NCBI GenBank assembly: GCA_021413905.1 | Contig: JAIOPO010000004.1 | Span: forward strand, 1,597 to 65,596 | Origin: Candidatus Nomurabacteria bacterium | GTDB taxonomy: Bacteria > Patescibacteriota > Minisyncoccia > Phycocordibacterales > UBA9973 | Direction of reading: 5' to 3' | DNA: 64,000 nucleotides | Shown here: in pieces, positions 1 to 9,672 of the stretch | Position numbering within the stretch: position 1 is the stretch's first letter | Layout: every line of letters begins with the position of its first letter | Notes under the pieces: model-generated | Database searches by the model: none | Told to the model about the DNA's origin: nothing | What the model saw: the letters and a program-made list of their open reading frames with translations, nothing else | Program-made: the position numbers and the translations under genes

Positions 1-522
1 AAGTAAATTTTTACCTAGCAACACACTGTCTTGATCTGTGCTATTCAAATACGAACCGCGAATTATGAATTTTGAAATACCGGAAAACTTTTCTTCTTGT
101 ACAGGATCAATACCCAAAAGAGAACCACCAACACCGTCATTTTTTTCTCCCGGTTTTATGGTTTTACGATAGTCAGACTCCACAAAAGCACTACCAGTGT
201 ATCTTGTAGTATGATCTCTGTATCCCGGTATTGTTTTTATTATTTCTTCAACTTTTGGAGTTTGTTGTATCTCTGATCTATTTAAAAAAGGAGAAATCAC
301 AATATCACCAATAGCGTATTTTTTCTGTGCATCTTCGGAACCTTGAATAAGACCGATCAAAATACCAGACACAACTATCAAATTCAAAAAGGTCAATGTC
401 ATTACAAAAACAATCAAAGCGGTAGTCCATTTGTTAGCGTGTTTTATATCTCGCCAAGCCAAAAACCAACCAACGGATATATTTTGCGAAAAAGAATTTT
501 CTATTTTTATTTTATCCTTCAT
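1..522 (-). CDS. ABC transporter permease, FtsX/MacB-like (N-terminal part; gene runs off the window start)
   Basis: My own reverse-strand translation from the ATG at 522-520 gives MKDKIKIENSFSQNISVGWFLAWRDIKHANKWTTALIVFVMTLTFLNLIVVSGILIGLIQGSEDAQKKYAIGDI. That is an N-terminal TM helix followed by a loop, as in FtsX-like permeases. The start overlaps the stop of the upstream adaptor gene (TAATG coupling). Confidence 0.65.
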   Translation of the reverse strand, partial: MKDKIKIENSFSQNISVGWFLAWRDIKHANKWTTALIVFVMTLTFLNLIVVSGILIGLIQGSEDAQKKYAIGDIVISPFLNRSEIQQTPKVEEIIKTIPGYRDHTTRYTGSAFVESDYRKTIKPGEKNDGVGGSLLGIDPVQEEKFSGISKFIIRGSYLNSTDQDSVLLGKNLL

Positions 523-2063
523 TATTTATTTTGAATCAAAGCTATTTGATCATTCTCAGAAAGTCCAGAAACAATTTCTATCATATTATTATCTCCAATA
601 AAACCAGTCTGAACTTCTCTTTCTATGTATTTTTTACTTTTTATATTAGTTATAAAATCAACAAAATATTTTCCATCTTTTTGTATTATGCCGACATTTG
701 GTATAGCTAAAACATTATTCTTTTCTCCTGCTAAAATATTAACATTTGCATTCATGCCTGGACGAATGGTTTCATCTTTTTCATTTATTAATATTTTTAT
801 TTTATAATTAACCACTCCATTATTAGTCTCCGCAGAAGGATCTATTTGTGAAACAACACCAGTAAATGATTTATCTTTACCAAAAGCATCAAAAGTAATA
901 GAAACATTTTGACCTATTTTCAAATTTGCAATATTGGCTTCATTTATCAAAGCTTCAATGTATAAATTAGAAATATCTTGCAATGAAATAACAGCCTTTC
1001 CAACTTGAGATATTTCACCGTATTTTATATCAATTTTTGTAATAGTGCCGTCTGCTGGAGCACGAATAATAGTATCTTCATAAGCTGATTGCGCAGATTC
1101 TAAATTCCCTTCTGCTGACAAAATATCTGCATTCGCTAAATCAATATCAGATTGTCGTGCATTTGCTTTTTTTAAATTTAGTTCAGCTTGCTTTTGATCG
1201 ACTAAAGATTGCGCAGATGACAATGCTGACGTTTGAGTTTTCAATGCATTTTGATAAGCATTATAATTTGTTAAATAATTTGAAGCCTGTTTGTTTGGAA
1301 TAGAAACAACCCAGCTGTCTTGCACAGAATAATTTGTGGGAAATTGTATATATAAACCCGAATCTCCCAATGCTTGTGGAGAAGAATAACTTATTGATCC
1401 TGAAGTATTAAAAACACCTGAAGTATTAAAATAACCTCCATTACCACTTTGATATAAAGATATTTTTATATCTCCTTCTTTACCTAAAATATAAGTTCCT
1501 GATATGGTCGGAGATATTGCATTTGTAAATGAGCTGGTTGGATATGCTTGCAAATTTGAATTTAATAAATTTTGATATGCATTTGAAACTAAAACATTTT
1601 GAGCATTTTTAACATTTTCAAAGTCATTTTGAGAATTTTTCAAAGCAATCTCAGCTAAAACTATTTCTTCATTTGAAGCTCCTTGTAAAATTTTATTATA
1701 TTTTGCTTTAGCGGCGAGTAATGCTCCTTTTGCTTGTGTTAATACTGCTCCAGCTTGACCCTGATCAAGAGTCGCCAAGATTTGTCCTGTTTTTACAATA
1801 TCTCCAACATTAACTTTTACAGACTTTACAGTGCCTGTTTTATTAAAAGATAAATTTAAATCTGTTTTAGAAATAACTTGACCAGTGGCTTGTATATTTT
1901 TACTTAAATCTGAAAATTTAACTTGAGAAATTTGGATATTGTCACTCTTATCTCCTGAAAACATAAAAAAACCAACAATAGCGACAACTAAAAAACCAGC
2001 AATATACAAATTTCTTTTTTTAAATAAAAAACTTTTTATATTTTCAAGATTTATTTTATTCAT
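522..2063 (-). CDS. Efflux transporter periplasmic adaptor (HlyD/MacA family)
   Basis: The ORF track gives 522..2117. It has an N-terminal TM anchor, a lipoyl-like motif (VKSVKVNVGDIVKTGQILATLD), long coiled-coil segments and a C-terminal beta-barrel (TITKIDIKYGE). I prefer the start at Met19 (MNKINLENIK, 2063), which leaves the hairpin at about 2097-2126 intergenic. Confidence 0.75.
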   Translation of the reverse strand: MNKINLENIKSFLFKKRNLYIAGFLVVAIVGFFMFSGDKSDNIQISQVKFSDLSKNIQATGQVISKTDLNLSFNKTGTVKSVKVNVGDIVKTGQILATLDQGQAGAVLTQAKGALLAAKAKYNKILQGASNEEIVLAEIALKNSQNDFENVKNAQNVLVSNAYQNLLNSNLQAYPTSSFTNAISPTISGTYILGKEGDIKISLYQSGNGGYFNTSGVFNTSGSISYSSPQALGDSGLYIQFPTNYSVQDSWVVSIPNKQASNYLTNYNAYQNALKTQTSALSSAQSLVDQKQAELNLKKANARQSDIDLANADILSAEGNLESAQSAYEDTIIRAPADGTITKIDIKYGEISQVGKAVISLQDISNLYIEALINEANIANLKIGQNVSITFDAFGKDKSFTGVVSQIDPSAETNNGVVNYKIKILINEKDETIRPGMNANVNILAGEKNNVLAIPNVGIIQKDGKYFVDFITNIKSKKYIEREVQTGFIGDNNMIEIVSGLSENDQIALIQNK

Positions 2064-2151
2064 TATAAATTTATAATAACATATAAATATAAAACAAAAA
2101 AGGGCTCCTGAGAGCACCTTTTTTGAATCTTATTTTATTAAAAAATAAAAA

Positions 2152-2847
2152 TTATTTATGAGACATATCTTGTTTCAAATTAGACAAAAATTCACTAACA
2201 GAATCTTTTGCGCCTAATCCTAAAGCCAAAGCACCTCCGACAGCAAGCATACCGATGATGCCAGTGAAAAGGATACTCATATATGTATCAGCTACACCGA
2301 GTTGGCCCAATGCAATTATGAAAGCAAAAGTCCAAACAGCATACTTTGCGATAACACCAAGCATATTTGCTGAACGAAGATTCATAGCTTTTGAACCAGC
2401 TGTGATGAATTTTGACAAAGCATCAGCTACGATAGTAGCGATGATCAAAATAAATGCTGCAATAATAACTCTAGGCAAGAACATCAATACACCTTGTGTC
2501 AAAAATACAGAAACAGTATCAAGTCCTCCTACTAATTTCAAAGAAGGTAAAAGGAAAAGAACAATGATAAACCATTTAACAACTTGTCCAATAAAATAAC
2601 CTGAATTTAAATTCATTCCAGCCTTCTTGAAAAAATCACCGAAGCCTGCAGATTCTAAAAGTTTATCTACTTTTAACAAACCAAAAACATGTTCAAATGC
2701 TTTTGCAACAAGATTGCCAACCAACCAACCAATTATAAAAAGTACAACAGCCAAAATAAGTTTTGGAGCAAATTGTACAAAACCAAACCACAAATCTACG
2801 AGTGAAGAATTAAAAACATCACCCCATGTATACCAAATAGTATTCAT
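2152..2847 (-). CDS. Integral membrane protein with repeated TM-helix modules (MscS-N-terminal-like / conserved TM helix family)
   Basis: 231 aa with several hydrophobic helices and a repeated pattern (LILAVVLFIIGWLVGNLVAKAF ... VVKWFIIVLFLLPSLKLVG). The family assignment comes from pattern memory only. Confidence 0.45.
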   Translation of the reverse strand: MNTIWYTWGDVFNSSLVDLWFGFVQFAPKLILAVVLFIIGWLVGNLVAKAFEHVFGLLKVDKLLESAGFGDFFKKAGMNLNSGYFIGQVVKWFIIVLFLLPSLKLVGGLDTVSVFLTQGVLMFLPRVIIAAFILIIATIVADALSKFITAGSKAMNLRSANMLGVIAKYAVWTFAFIIALGQLGVADTYMSILFTGIIGMLAVGGALALGLGAKDSVSEFLSNLKQDMSHK

Positions 2848-2951
2848 AATAATAAATTTCGCTTTTGAGGCGAACAGCTAATAGCTGAAATTAATAATAA
2901 AACTTTTCTAAGTTCGACCTTATTAAAGCTCTAGTATTATTATATCAAATT

Positions 2952-3533
2952 CTACAACTTTTTTAAGATTTGTGTGGATAACTCTTTTGCTTGCAAAATA
3001 ATCTCATGAGGAAAATCTAGGATATCACGCACGAGCTTGTCATACATATTTAGTCTATATATAAAGTCTTTTGTTTCAAATACAGCATATACCAACTCTT
3101 TACCGATCTCAGCTTCCATTTTTTTTATATTATCTTCAATTTTTGATTTATTCAATTTATCACCAACCAATAACAAATCTACCCTGCTTTCCTTGTCTTT
3201 AATGAAAAAACCTGAAATAACCATAAATTTCAATTTTCCAACTTTTTTAAACATATCTAAAATAACATTATGTTCAAAAGTATCAGACTTTATTAAAAGA
3301 CTCTCGAATTCATTTGCATATCTAAAATTCATATCAAAATACCAATCATCATTGCGTTTTTTAACAAAACCCACAGAGCTCAAAAGACGTATTTCTCTAC
3401 GAACTGAATCTATCGCAACACGACTTCTTTTTGCCACATCTAAAGGAGTAAAAGCTTTGCTTTTATTTGATAAAAACAATCTCATAATCTTAACTCTAGC
3501 TTGATTTCCTAACAATTTTGCCAATATATCCAT
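2952..3533 (-). CDS. Winged-helix (ArsR/MarR-like) DNA-binding protein with uncharacterised C-terminal domain
   Basis: The N-terminus, LLGNQARVKIMRLFLSNKSKAFTPLDVAKRSRVAIDSVRREIRLLSSVGFVKKR, looks like a wHTH domain. Confidence 0.45.
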   Translation of the reverse strand: MDILAKLLGNQARVKIMRLFLSNKSKAFTPLDVAKRSRVAIDSVRREIRLLSSVGFVKKRNDDWYFDMNFRYANEFESLLIKSDTFEHNVILDMFKKVGKLKFMVISGFFIKDKESRVDLLLVGDKLNKSKIEDNIKKMEAEIGKELVYAVFETKDFIYRLNMYDKLVRDILDFPHEIILQAKELSTQILKKL

Positions 3534-3611
3534 GAATCATTTATAAACCTTTTTAAACAAAAAAACAAGCCTCCATAAGAAAACTTGTCTGTGTTCCAAT
3601 ATTTTTTTAAA

Positions 3612-4040
3612 TCATACTCTTCTTAACGGTTTAAACAAAAAAACTGTATCGAAAGTGAAGCAACTATTTGTATTTCCGAAACAAGTAGTAATCTCCAAAT
3701 TCCCTGATTCAGAAATAAAAATCTCTGCAAAAAGACAAGTCATGGCATCCTTATTTTCTTTAGTAAAACCAATCGGACTAAAACCAATTTTTACATTTTT
3801 GCCTGAAAAAATTTTTCTTAATTTTTCCTGATTTTTACCATTCAAAGTATCGAGAATATCATTCAATGATTCTTCTCTAAAGAAATCAATAGACTGAACC
3901 TCAAAAGCTTTCTTATAAATCTCTTCATAAGTAAAAGCTTGTTTATATCCAAGCTTTTTAGCTAAATTGAAAATAAAAAACTCTACTTCTGTCGTTTCCA
4001 TATTCTTTTGGTTTAAATGAAATAAACAATTAAAGGACAA
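3612..4040 (-). CDS. Hypothetical protein
   Basis: 142-aa ORF in a gap between supported genes. I recognise no motif. The start could be Met14 (4001). Confidence 0.35.
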   Translation of the reverse strand: MSFNCLFHLNQKNMETTEVEFFIFNLAKKLGYKQAFTYEEIYKKAFEVQSIDFFREESLNDILDTLNGKNQEKLRKIFSGKNVKIGFSPIGFTKENKDAMTCLFAEIFISESGNLEITTCFGNTNSCFTFDTVFLFKPLRRV

Positions 4041-4085
4041 CCCTATCCTGAGATGATATTAACTTTTTTTAAAAAAACACAAGTA

Positions 4086-4121
4086 AAAAGAAAAAGCCAC
4101 AATATATATTGTGGCTTTTTC
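4086..4121 (-). terminator. Rho-independent terminator downstream of rplL (bidirectional shape)
   Basis: Hairpin AGCCAC-aatatatatt-GTGGCT (4095-4116), flanked by an A-run on one side and a T-run on the other. Confidence 0.7.
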
Positions 4122-4140
4122 TAAATATTTGAAATTAAAT

Positions 4141-4506
4141 TTATTTAAGTTCAATTTTACCTCCTGCTTCTTCGATTTTCTTTTTCAATTCTTCAGCTTC
4201 AGCTTTCTTCATACCATCTTTCAATGTCGCTGGAGCGCCGTCTACCAAGTCTTTAGCTTCTTTCAAGCCAAGACCTAGAACTTCTTTTACGACTTTCATA
4301 ACAGCGATTTTTTGTTCACCTGCAGCCGCTAATACAACTGTAAATGAATCTTTTTCTTCAACTGCGTCTGCACCTGCTGCAGGACCAGCCACTGCTACTG
4401 CAGCAGCAGAAACTCCGAATTTTTCTTCAATAGCCTTTACTAAATCGTTAAGATCTAATACAGACATACCTTCTATTTTTTCTAACAAATCTTTAAATTT
4501 TTCCAT
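4141..4506 (-). CDS. rplL: 50S ribosomal protein L7/L12
   Basis: The sequence [45 protein letters not shown]...[41 protein letters not shown] is canonical L7/L12. Confidence 0.96.
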   Translation of the reverse strand: MEKFKDLLEKIEGMSVLDLNDLVKAIEEKFGVSAAAVAVAGPAAGADAVEEKDSFTVVLAAAGEQKIAVMKVVKEVLGLGLKEAKDLVDGAPATLKDGMKKAEAEELKKKIEEAGGKIELK

Positions 4507-4532
4507 AATATTTTATTAATTAATATTTATAA

Positions 4533-5012
4533 TTATTTCTTTTTAGCAACCTCATTCAAACCTAATGCCAATCTTTGCATAGGAGATTTGAGCAAGAAAG
4601 CCAATCTTGAAAGCAACACTTCTCTGCCCGGGATAGTAGCGATTTCCATCATTCTACCACCATCTACGAATTTACCTTCAAAAATACCTCCCAAAATATT
4701 TAACATATTTTTATGAGTTTTTTGAAAATTGTAAATCTCACGAGCTGGAGCTATCTCATCTGCGGAATATGCCATTGCGACTTCTCCGCCAAGCTCTGGG
4801 ATTTCCCCTTCCGCTTTGCCAGTCAATGCGCGTTTCAACAAAGTCTTTCTTGAAACTTTATAAGAAACACCTTGATTTCTCAAGTCACGACGAAGAGATG
4901 TCTCATCTCCTGCTGTCATGCCATGAAAATTCACAAAGACAACAGATTTTGAACCGGAAACATTTGTCTCCAAATCCTTTATCATTTCTTCTTTTCTATT
5001 TTTTGTAAGCAT
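4533..5012 (-). CDS. rplJ: 50S ribosomal protein L10
   Basis: It lies directly upstream of rplL. The length and the sequence (VVFVNFHGMTAGDETSLRRDLRNQGVSYKVSRKTL) are typical of L10. Confidence 0.93.
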   Translation of the reverse strand: MLTKNRKEEMIKDLETNVSGSKSVVFVNFHGMTAGDETSLRRDLRNQGVSYKVSRKTLLKRALTGKAEGEIPELGGEVAMAYSADEIAPAREIYNFQKTHKNMLNILGGIFEGKFVDGGRMMEIATIPGREVLLSRLAFLLKSPMQRLALGLNEVAKKK

Positions 5013-5029
5013 AATTGATTTTATTTTTT

Positions 5030-5170
5030 AAATTAAAAAACGGCCTTTCAGCCGCAAATTTATACACCTAAATGTATCGACCCCTAGATAGGACCTCTTC
5101 CCTCGATAAACTCGGGATGCCTACCTTCATTGCGGTATTTAAAGTATAACACAAAACTATATTTTTGCAA
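5030..5170 (-). promoter_or_regulatory. Candidate rplJ promoter plus structured leader/attenuator
   Basis: On the minus strand: TTGCAA, 16 nt, then an extended -10 gTGtTATACT (about 5170-5142). A roughly 100-nt stretch follows that is more GC-rich than its surroundings. Its ends can pair (CCGCAA...TTGCGG). A small hairpin CGGC-tgaaag-GCCG and TTTTTT sit about 25 nt before the rplJ ATG. Confidence 0.35.
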
Positions 5171-5367
5171 ATGATTTTATTACAAACAAATCATCCAAAA
5201 TAATCAGTCAGAAAATAAGCAGTTAAACCTAAAATCAAAAGAAATAAAAAAATCAAAAGTGTCTTAAAAAAATGTTTATTTACCATCTTTTTATTATATA
5301 TGAAAATATAATATATTAAAAATATATAAAGCTTTATTTTAAAAATATTTTATGTATACTAATCTAT

Positions 5368-6651
5368 ATGGACAGATCAAGGAAAATGATACTTTTTGCG
5401 GGTGATATATCTATGTTATATATTGCAGGCTATTTAACACTCCTTATTCGTTTTGGTATTAAACAAGCTTCTAACGAAATACCGACTCATATTTTACCTT
5501 TTATTATTTGGACAATACTATTATCTATTATTTTTTATATTTTTAATCTTTACGAAACGACATCTGTAAAATTAACTTTTAAAAACTTAAAACAATTTTT
5601 ATTTGCATTATCTACGAGCATAGTCTCAGGTATAATGTTATTTTATTTATTTCCCTTTTCCATAACTCCAAAAACAAACTTATTATTGACTCAAATATTA
5701 TTTTCCTTATTTATTTTAATTTGGCGTAGATTTTACTACAATATTTTTTCAAAAAAATTTAAAAATCAAATTGCTTTCATTGGAAAAACAACACCTGAAT
5801 CAGAAATATTAATAAAAAATATAATTGAAAATCCACATATAGGATATTCATTTATTGGAAATTTTAAAAATTTCTCAGATTTACAAACAAGTAAAATAAA
5901 AATAAATACAATAGTTTATACTGAAAAAGATAATTCTATAAATTTGGAAGAGCTAAGCAAATCAGATTATGATTATCTAAACATAACAAAAGCATTTCAA
6001 ATCATTTTAAATAAAATACCGGTCAGTCTTATGGATAACGAAATTGCTTTAAATATTTTAGAAAACAAAAAGAACATTGTTTTTAACAGTATCAAAAGAT
6101 TAACTGATATAATATTTTCAATAACAATACTTATAATCACCTTACCAGTAACCATAATAACCGCACTTTTAATATTCATAGAAGACAGAAAAAATATATT
6201 TTATAAACAAATTCGTGTTGGTTACAAGAAAAAAAAATTTAATATAATAAAATTTCGTTCAATGAATATAAATGCCGAAAAAAATGGTGCTGTTTGGGCA
6301 ATAGAAAAAGATCCACGCACAACTTTTGTCGGAAAAATAATAAGAAAATTACATATAGATGAAATACCACAAATGATAAATATACTCAAAGGAGATATTT
6401 CACTAATAGGTCCCCGACCTGAAAGACCTGAATTTGTTGAAATTCTAGAAAAAGAAATTCCTTTTTACTTTTTACGTCAAACAATAAAACCTGGTTTCAC
6501 AGGCTGGGCACAAATAAAATTTCGATATGCACGATCAGTGGTAGACAGTAGAGAAAAATTTGAATACGATTTATATTATATCAACAATTGGAATTTGTTT
6601 TTAGACTTAGGAATTTTAATAAAAACAATTCAAATAATTTTTAGTCATTAA
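5368..6651 (+). CDS. Polyprenyl-phosphate glycosyl-1-phosphate transferase (WbaP/bacterial sugar transferase family)
   Basis: The C-terminal domain is KRLTDIIFSITILIITLPV...KFRSMNINAEKNGAVWAIEKDPRTTFVGKIIRKLHIDEIPQMINILKGDISLIGPRPERPEF. This is the Bac_transf signature. Confidence 0.9.
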   Translation: MDRSRKMILFAGDISMLYIAGYLTLLIRFGIKQASNEIPTHILPFIIWTILLSIIFYIFNLYETTSVKLTFKNLKQFLFALSTSIVSGIMLFYLFPFSITPKTNLLLTQILFSLFILIWRRFYYNIFSKKFKNQIAFIGKTTPESEILIKNIIENPHIGYSFIGNFKNFSDLQTSKIKINTIVYTEKDNSINLEELSKSDYDYLNITKAFQIILNKIPVSLMDNEIALNILENKKNIVFNSIKRLTDIIFSITILIITLPVTIITALLIFIEDRKNIFYKQIRVGYKKKKFNIIKFRSMNINAEKNGAVWAIEKDPRTTFVGKIIRKLHIDEIPQMINILKGDISLIGPRPERPEFVEILEKEIPFYFLRQTIKPGFTGWAQIKFRYARSVVDSREKFEYDLYYINNWNLFLDLGILIKTIQIIFSH

Positions 6652-7741
6652 TAATCTCTTTATAAATTTGTATTGTTTCTTGAATCATTTTTTCTAAAGA
6701 GAAATTATTTTTTGCTCGCAAAAAAGCATTTTGACTCATGCAAGTCAAAATATTTGGATTTTTATATAAATATTCAATATATTCAGCTAATTCTTGTGCT
6801 GTATTCTTTTTTAACAAAAAACCAATATCTGATGTTACTATTTCGGAAACACCTCCAACGTCACTTGCAATGACCGGCAAACCTTTAGAAATTGCTTCTA
6901 ATATAGAACGAGGTAATCCTTCTTGTTTAGTAGGTAAAATAAATAAGTCATTTTTTTCCAAAAAAGATAAAATTTCCAATCTAGATAAAGCACCCATAAA
7001 AATAACTTTTTCATTTAAATCATTTTGAATAACCAAAGAATTCAATTTGTCATAATTAGGACCATCACCCACAATATAAACAATAATATTATTTATAATA
7101 TCTTTAGGTAAAATATTTAAAGCATTTAAAAGTAATTCTGGTTTCTTTTGATTAGACAATCTACCCACAAATATTATAGATTTCAAACTTTCACGAATTA
7201 AAGGTTTTTCACTTGGTATCTCCGCTCCATTGTGTATATTTATTAATTTATAAAGAGGAGCAACTTTTAATTTAATAGCTAAATTTAAATCATATTTTGA
7301 AACACATATTATCTTTTTACAAAAATGAGAAGCCAATAATTCAGAAGGATATGTAATAATTTTTTGCAAAAAAGGTGAACCTTGTCCAAATGACCAACCA
7401 TGCGCAGTAAATATTGTTGGTTTTTTATTTAAAATAGACAATCTACCAAAAATTCCAGCAATACCACTATGGCAAGACACGATGTCTGGATCAAAACTAT
7501 CCACAGTATTTAAAATTATTTTTTTTGATTTTAAAAAATTTAAAAAACTATAAGAATTTTTAAAATAATCATTTGAAATAAAAATTCCACCCAAATCTTT
7601 TATCGCAAATTCCAACCATCCGCCAGGACTACTCATTACGGCCACATCGTGTCCTTCTTTTTTCAAAGCTCGACACAATTGAAATATATGTGTCTGTGCT
7701 CCCCCTTCTGTTGATTTAGTTATTAAAAAAAGTATTCTCAT
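6641..7741 (-). CDS. Glycosyltransferase family 4
   Basis: GT-B fold pattern: an N-terminal GGAQTH motif and a C-terminal EGLPRSILEAISKGLPVIASDVGGVSEIV (E-x7-E type). Confidence 0.85.
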   Translation of the reverse strand: MRILFLITKSTEGGAQTHIFQLCRALKKEGHDVAVMSSPGGWLEFAIKDLGGIFISNDYFKNSYSFLNFLKSKKIILNTVDSFDPDIVSCHSGIAGIFGRLSILNKKPTIFTAHGWSFGQGSPFLQKIITYPSELLASHFCKKIICVSKYDLNLAIKLKVAPLYKLINIHNGAEIPSEKPLIRESLKSIIFVGRLSNQKKPELLLNALNILPKDIINNIIVYIVGDGPNYDKLNSLVIQNDLNEKVIFMGALSRLEILSFLEKNDLFILPTKQEGLPRSILEAISKGLPVIASDVGGVSEIVTSDIGFLLKKNTAQELAEYIEYLYKNPNILTCMSQNAFLRAKNNFSLEKMIQETIQIYKEIIND

Positions 7742-7750
7742 AGATTAAAT

Positions 7751-8884
7751 TTAATTAAAAAGATTTTTAATTTTCAAAACAAGATTTTCCCATTTATAAT
7801 TTTCATAAACAAAATCCTTAGCTTCTTTTATTAAATTATTTTTTAAATTTAAATCTTGTAACATTAAAATCTTTTCTGCTATATCATTAGGATTAAATGG
7901 ATCACAAAACAAACCAGTTTTTTTATCAAATAGAAAATCTACAATACCGCCAACTTTTGTGCCAATAATAGGTAGACCAAAAGACATGGCTTCAATAAAA
8001 GAATTTCCTAATCCTTCTGAAAAAGAAGGCCTGATGAATATGTCAGCATATTTAAAATAACTTGGTATTTTTTTATGTTCCACATCACCAATAAAAAAAA
8101 CTCTATCATTTAATTTATGATCGAAAACTATTTTTTTTAATTTATTTTCAAGAAACCCTGAGCCAATAATTAATAATTTGTAATTATCAGATAAATAATT
8201 TAAAGACAAAATACAATTTGCTATATTATTTTTTTCAACTAACCTAGAGGTGGTTATTAAATAAATATCATCTTGTTTCTTGTTTAAAACAATATCAGAA
8301 TTCTGTTTTACATCAGAAGAAAAAATATTTATATCTACACCGTTAGGTATTATTTCAATTTTTTTTGCTCCCATTTCAACGGCAAAAAATGCCAAATAAT
8401 TAGAAATAACATGAACTATTTTAGCTCTTTTAAATATCAATTTATAAAAAGGCATTATGAAAAAAAATTTTCTTTTAATAATTTCTACAGATTTTCCTTC
8501 TTGAATAGTTAAAATATATGGAATTTTTGAATATAAAAAATTAAAAAACAAAACGGCAAACCCTGCATAACTTGCCATTAAAGACCAAGTGAAATCGTAT
8601 CTTTTTTTATTATTCAATTGAATTGCTTTAAATAAAGCAAGCAGAGGAAATATTATTTTTTGAAAAGAAAAAAATATTTCATTTTTTGTACACCAACCTA
8701 CATTATACACATTGATGTTTCCTATTTTTTTAAATAAAGAATTATTTTTTCTTAAAGTTATCATATCAAAAACAAAACCGTCATCCATACGATCAGTAAA
8801 TTCTTTTATTGCTATTTCTGCTCCACCGACAAATTCAGGCAAAAAAACAACAGAAAATATTAAAATTTTTTTACTATTTTTCAT
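7751..8884 (-). CDS. Glycosyltransferase family 4
   Basis: The C-terminal motif SFSEGLGNSFIEAMSFGLPIIGTKVGGIVDFL supports the call. I prefer the start at MKNSKKILIFS (8884), which overlaps the stop of the upstream gene by 11 nt. Confidence 0.8.
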   Translation of the reverse strand: MKNSKKILIFSVVFLPEFVGGAEIAIKEFTDRMDDGFVFDMITLRKNNSLFKKIGNINVYNVGWCTKNEIFFSFQKIIFPLLALFKAIQLNNKKRYDFTWSLMASYAGFAVLFFNFLYSKIPYILTIQEGKSVEIIKRKFFFIMPFYKLIFKRAKIVHVISNYLAFFAVEMGAKKIEIIPNGVDINIFSSDVKQNSDIVLNKKQDDIYLITTSRLVEKNNIANCILSLNYLSDNYKLLIIGSGFLENKLKKIVFDHKLNDRVFFIGDVEHKKIPSYFKYADIFIRPSFSEGLGNSFIEAMSFGLPIIGTKVGGIVDFLFDKKTGLFCDPFNPNDIAEKILMLQDLNLKNNLIKEAKDFVYENYKWENLVLKIKNLFN

Positions 8885-9671
8885 CTTTAAACAAGATACT
8901 TGGTTTAATAAAATCAAAGCCTAATTCTTGGGCATAATCGACTATTTCTAAAAATATTTTTTTATTTTCTTCGGACATCATGTGTAAATGATTCACCAAT
9001 ATGAAATTTCCATTGATTTTTTTTGCATACAATAAACCCTTTTTTAATATATCTAAACCCAGCTCAACACGAAAAGAATATGCTTCTTGATGCTTACCAC
9101 AATCAACAATATAAGGATAAGCTGGCATTTCCAAAGAAGATAAATTAAAAAAATTTAATTTATGTAAAATCATTTTAAGAATAACAAAAACATATTCTAT
9201 TCTAAATAAAAAATTTTTTGAACCCTTGCTTCTAATTATATTCATACGAGCATTTTCTATTGCTATTATGCCATTATTGGATATTTGATCATGTGGAGGA
9301 ACAAAAATATCAACTTTTCTTTTAAAAGTTTTTTCTAACTCTTCTTTACCTCTTAATGTTTCAATTTTTAAATTCTTATTTTGTAAATATTCAAAGACAT
9401 TATTTATTTTTTCATGAGTACAACCATGTTGAAAAATATCAATATTGATATTACTGTTTATATAATTTACCAAATCAATATTTTCTGACACTAAATACTC
9501 TTTTTTTTCTTCTGAAATATTCCAAGGATATACATCACTCAACGAAGAAACAAAAGGAATAACGGAAAGTCCAACTGATATATTTCTTTTAAAAATAGAA
9601 GAATACAGATTTTCAATATCTTGAGGTTTAGTAAAAAAATTCGTATCATCATCTCTTATAATAAATTTCAT
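8874..9671 (-). CDS. Polysaccharide deacetylase-like protein (DUF2334-type)
   Basis: The pattern MKFIIRDDDTNFF...GLSVIPFV...QHGCTHE...DIFVPPHD matches the RxDD / HG-x-H / fvPP pattern I associate with DUF2334/carbohydrate esterase folds. This is memory-based. Confidence 0.45.
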   Translation of the reverse strand: MKFIIRDDDTNFFTKPQDIENLYSSIFKRNISVGLSVIPFVSSLSDVYPWNISEEKKEYLVSENIDLVNYINSNINIDIFQHGCTHEKINNVFEYLQNKNLKIETLRGKEELEKTFKRKVDIFVPPHDQISNNGIIAIENARMNIIRSKGSKNFLFRIEYVFVILKMILHKLNFFNLSSLEMPAYPYIVDCGKHQEAYSFRVELGLDILKKGLLYAKKINGNFILVNHLHMMSEENKKIFLEIVDYAQELGFDFIKPSILFKDEK

Positions 9672-9672
9672 T

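Noticed and set aside
5191-5286. A 31-codon minus-strand ORF encoding a hydrophobic peptide (MVNKHFFKTLLIFLFLLILGLTAYFLTDYFG) upstream of the rplJ promoter.
   Set aside because: It is plausible as a small membrane peptide. It is very short in AT-rich sequence where such ORFs arise by chance, and I cannot assess conservation or expression signals, so I do not report it as a feature.
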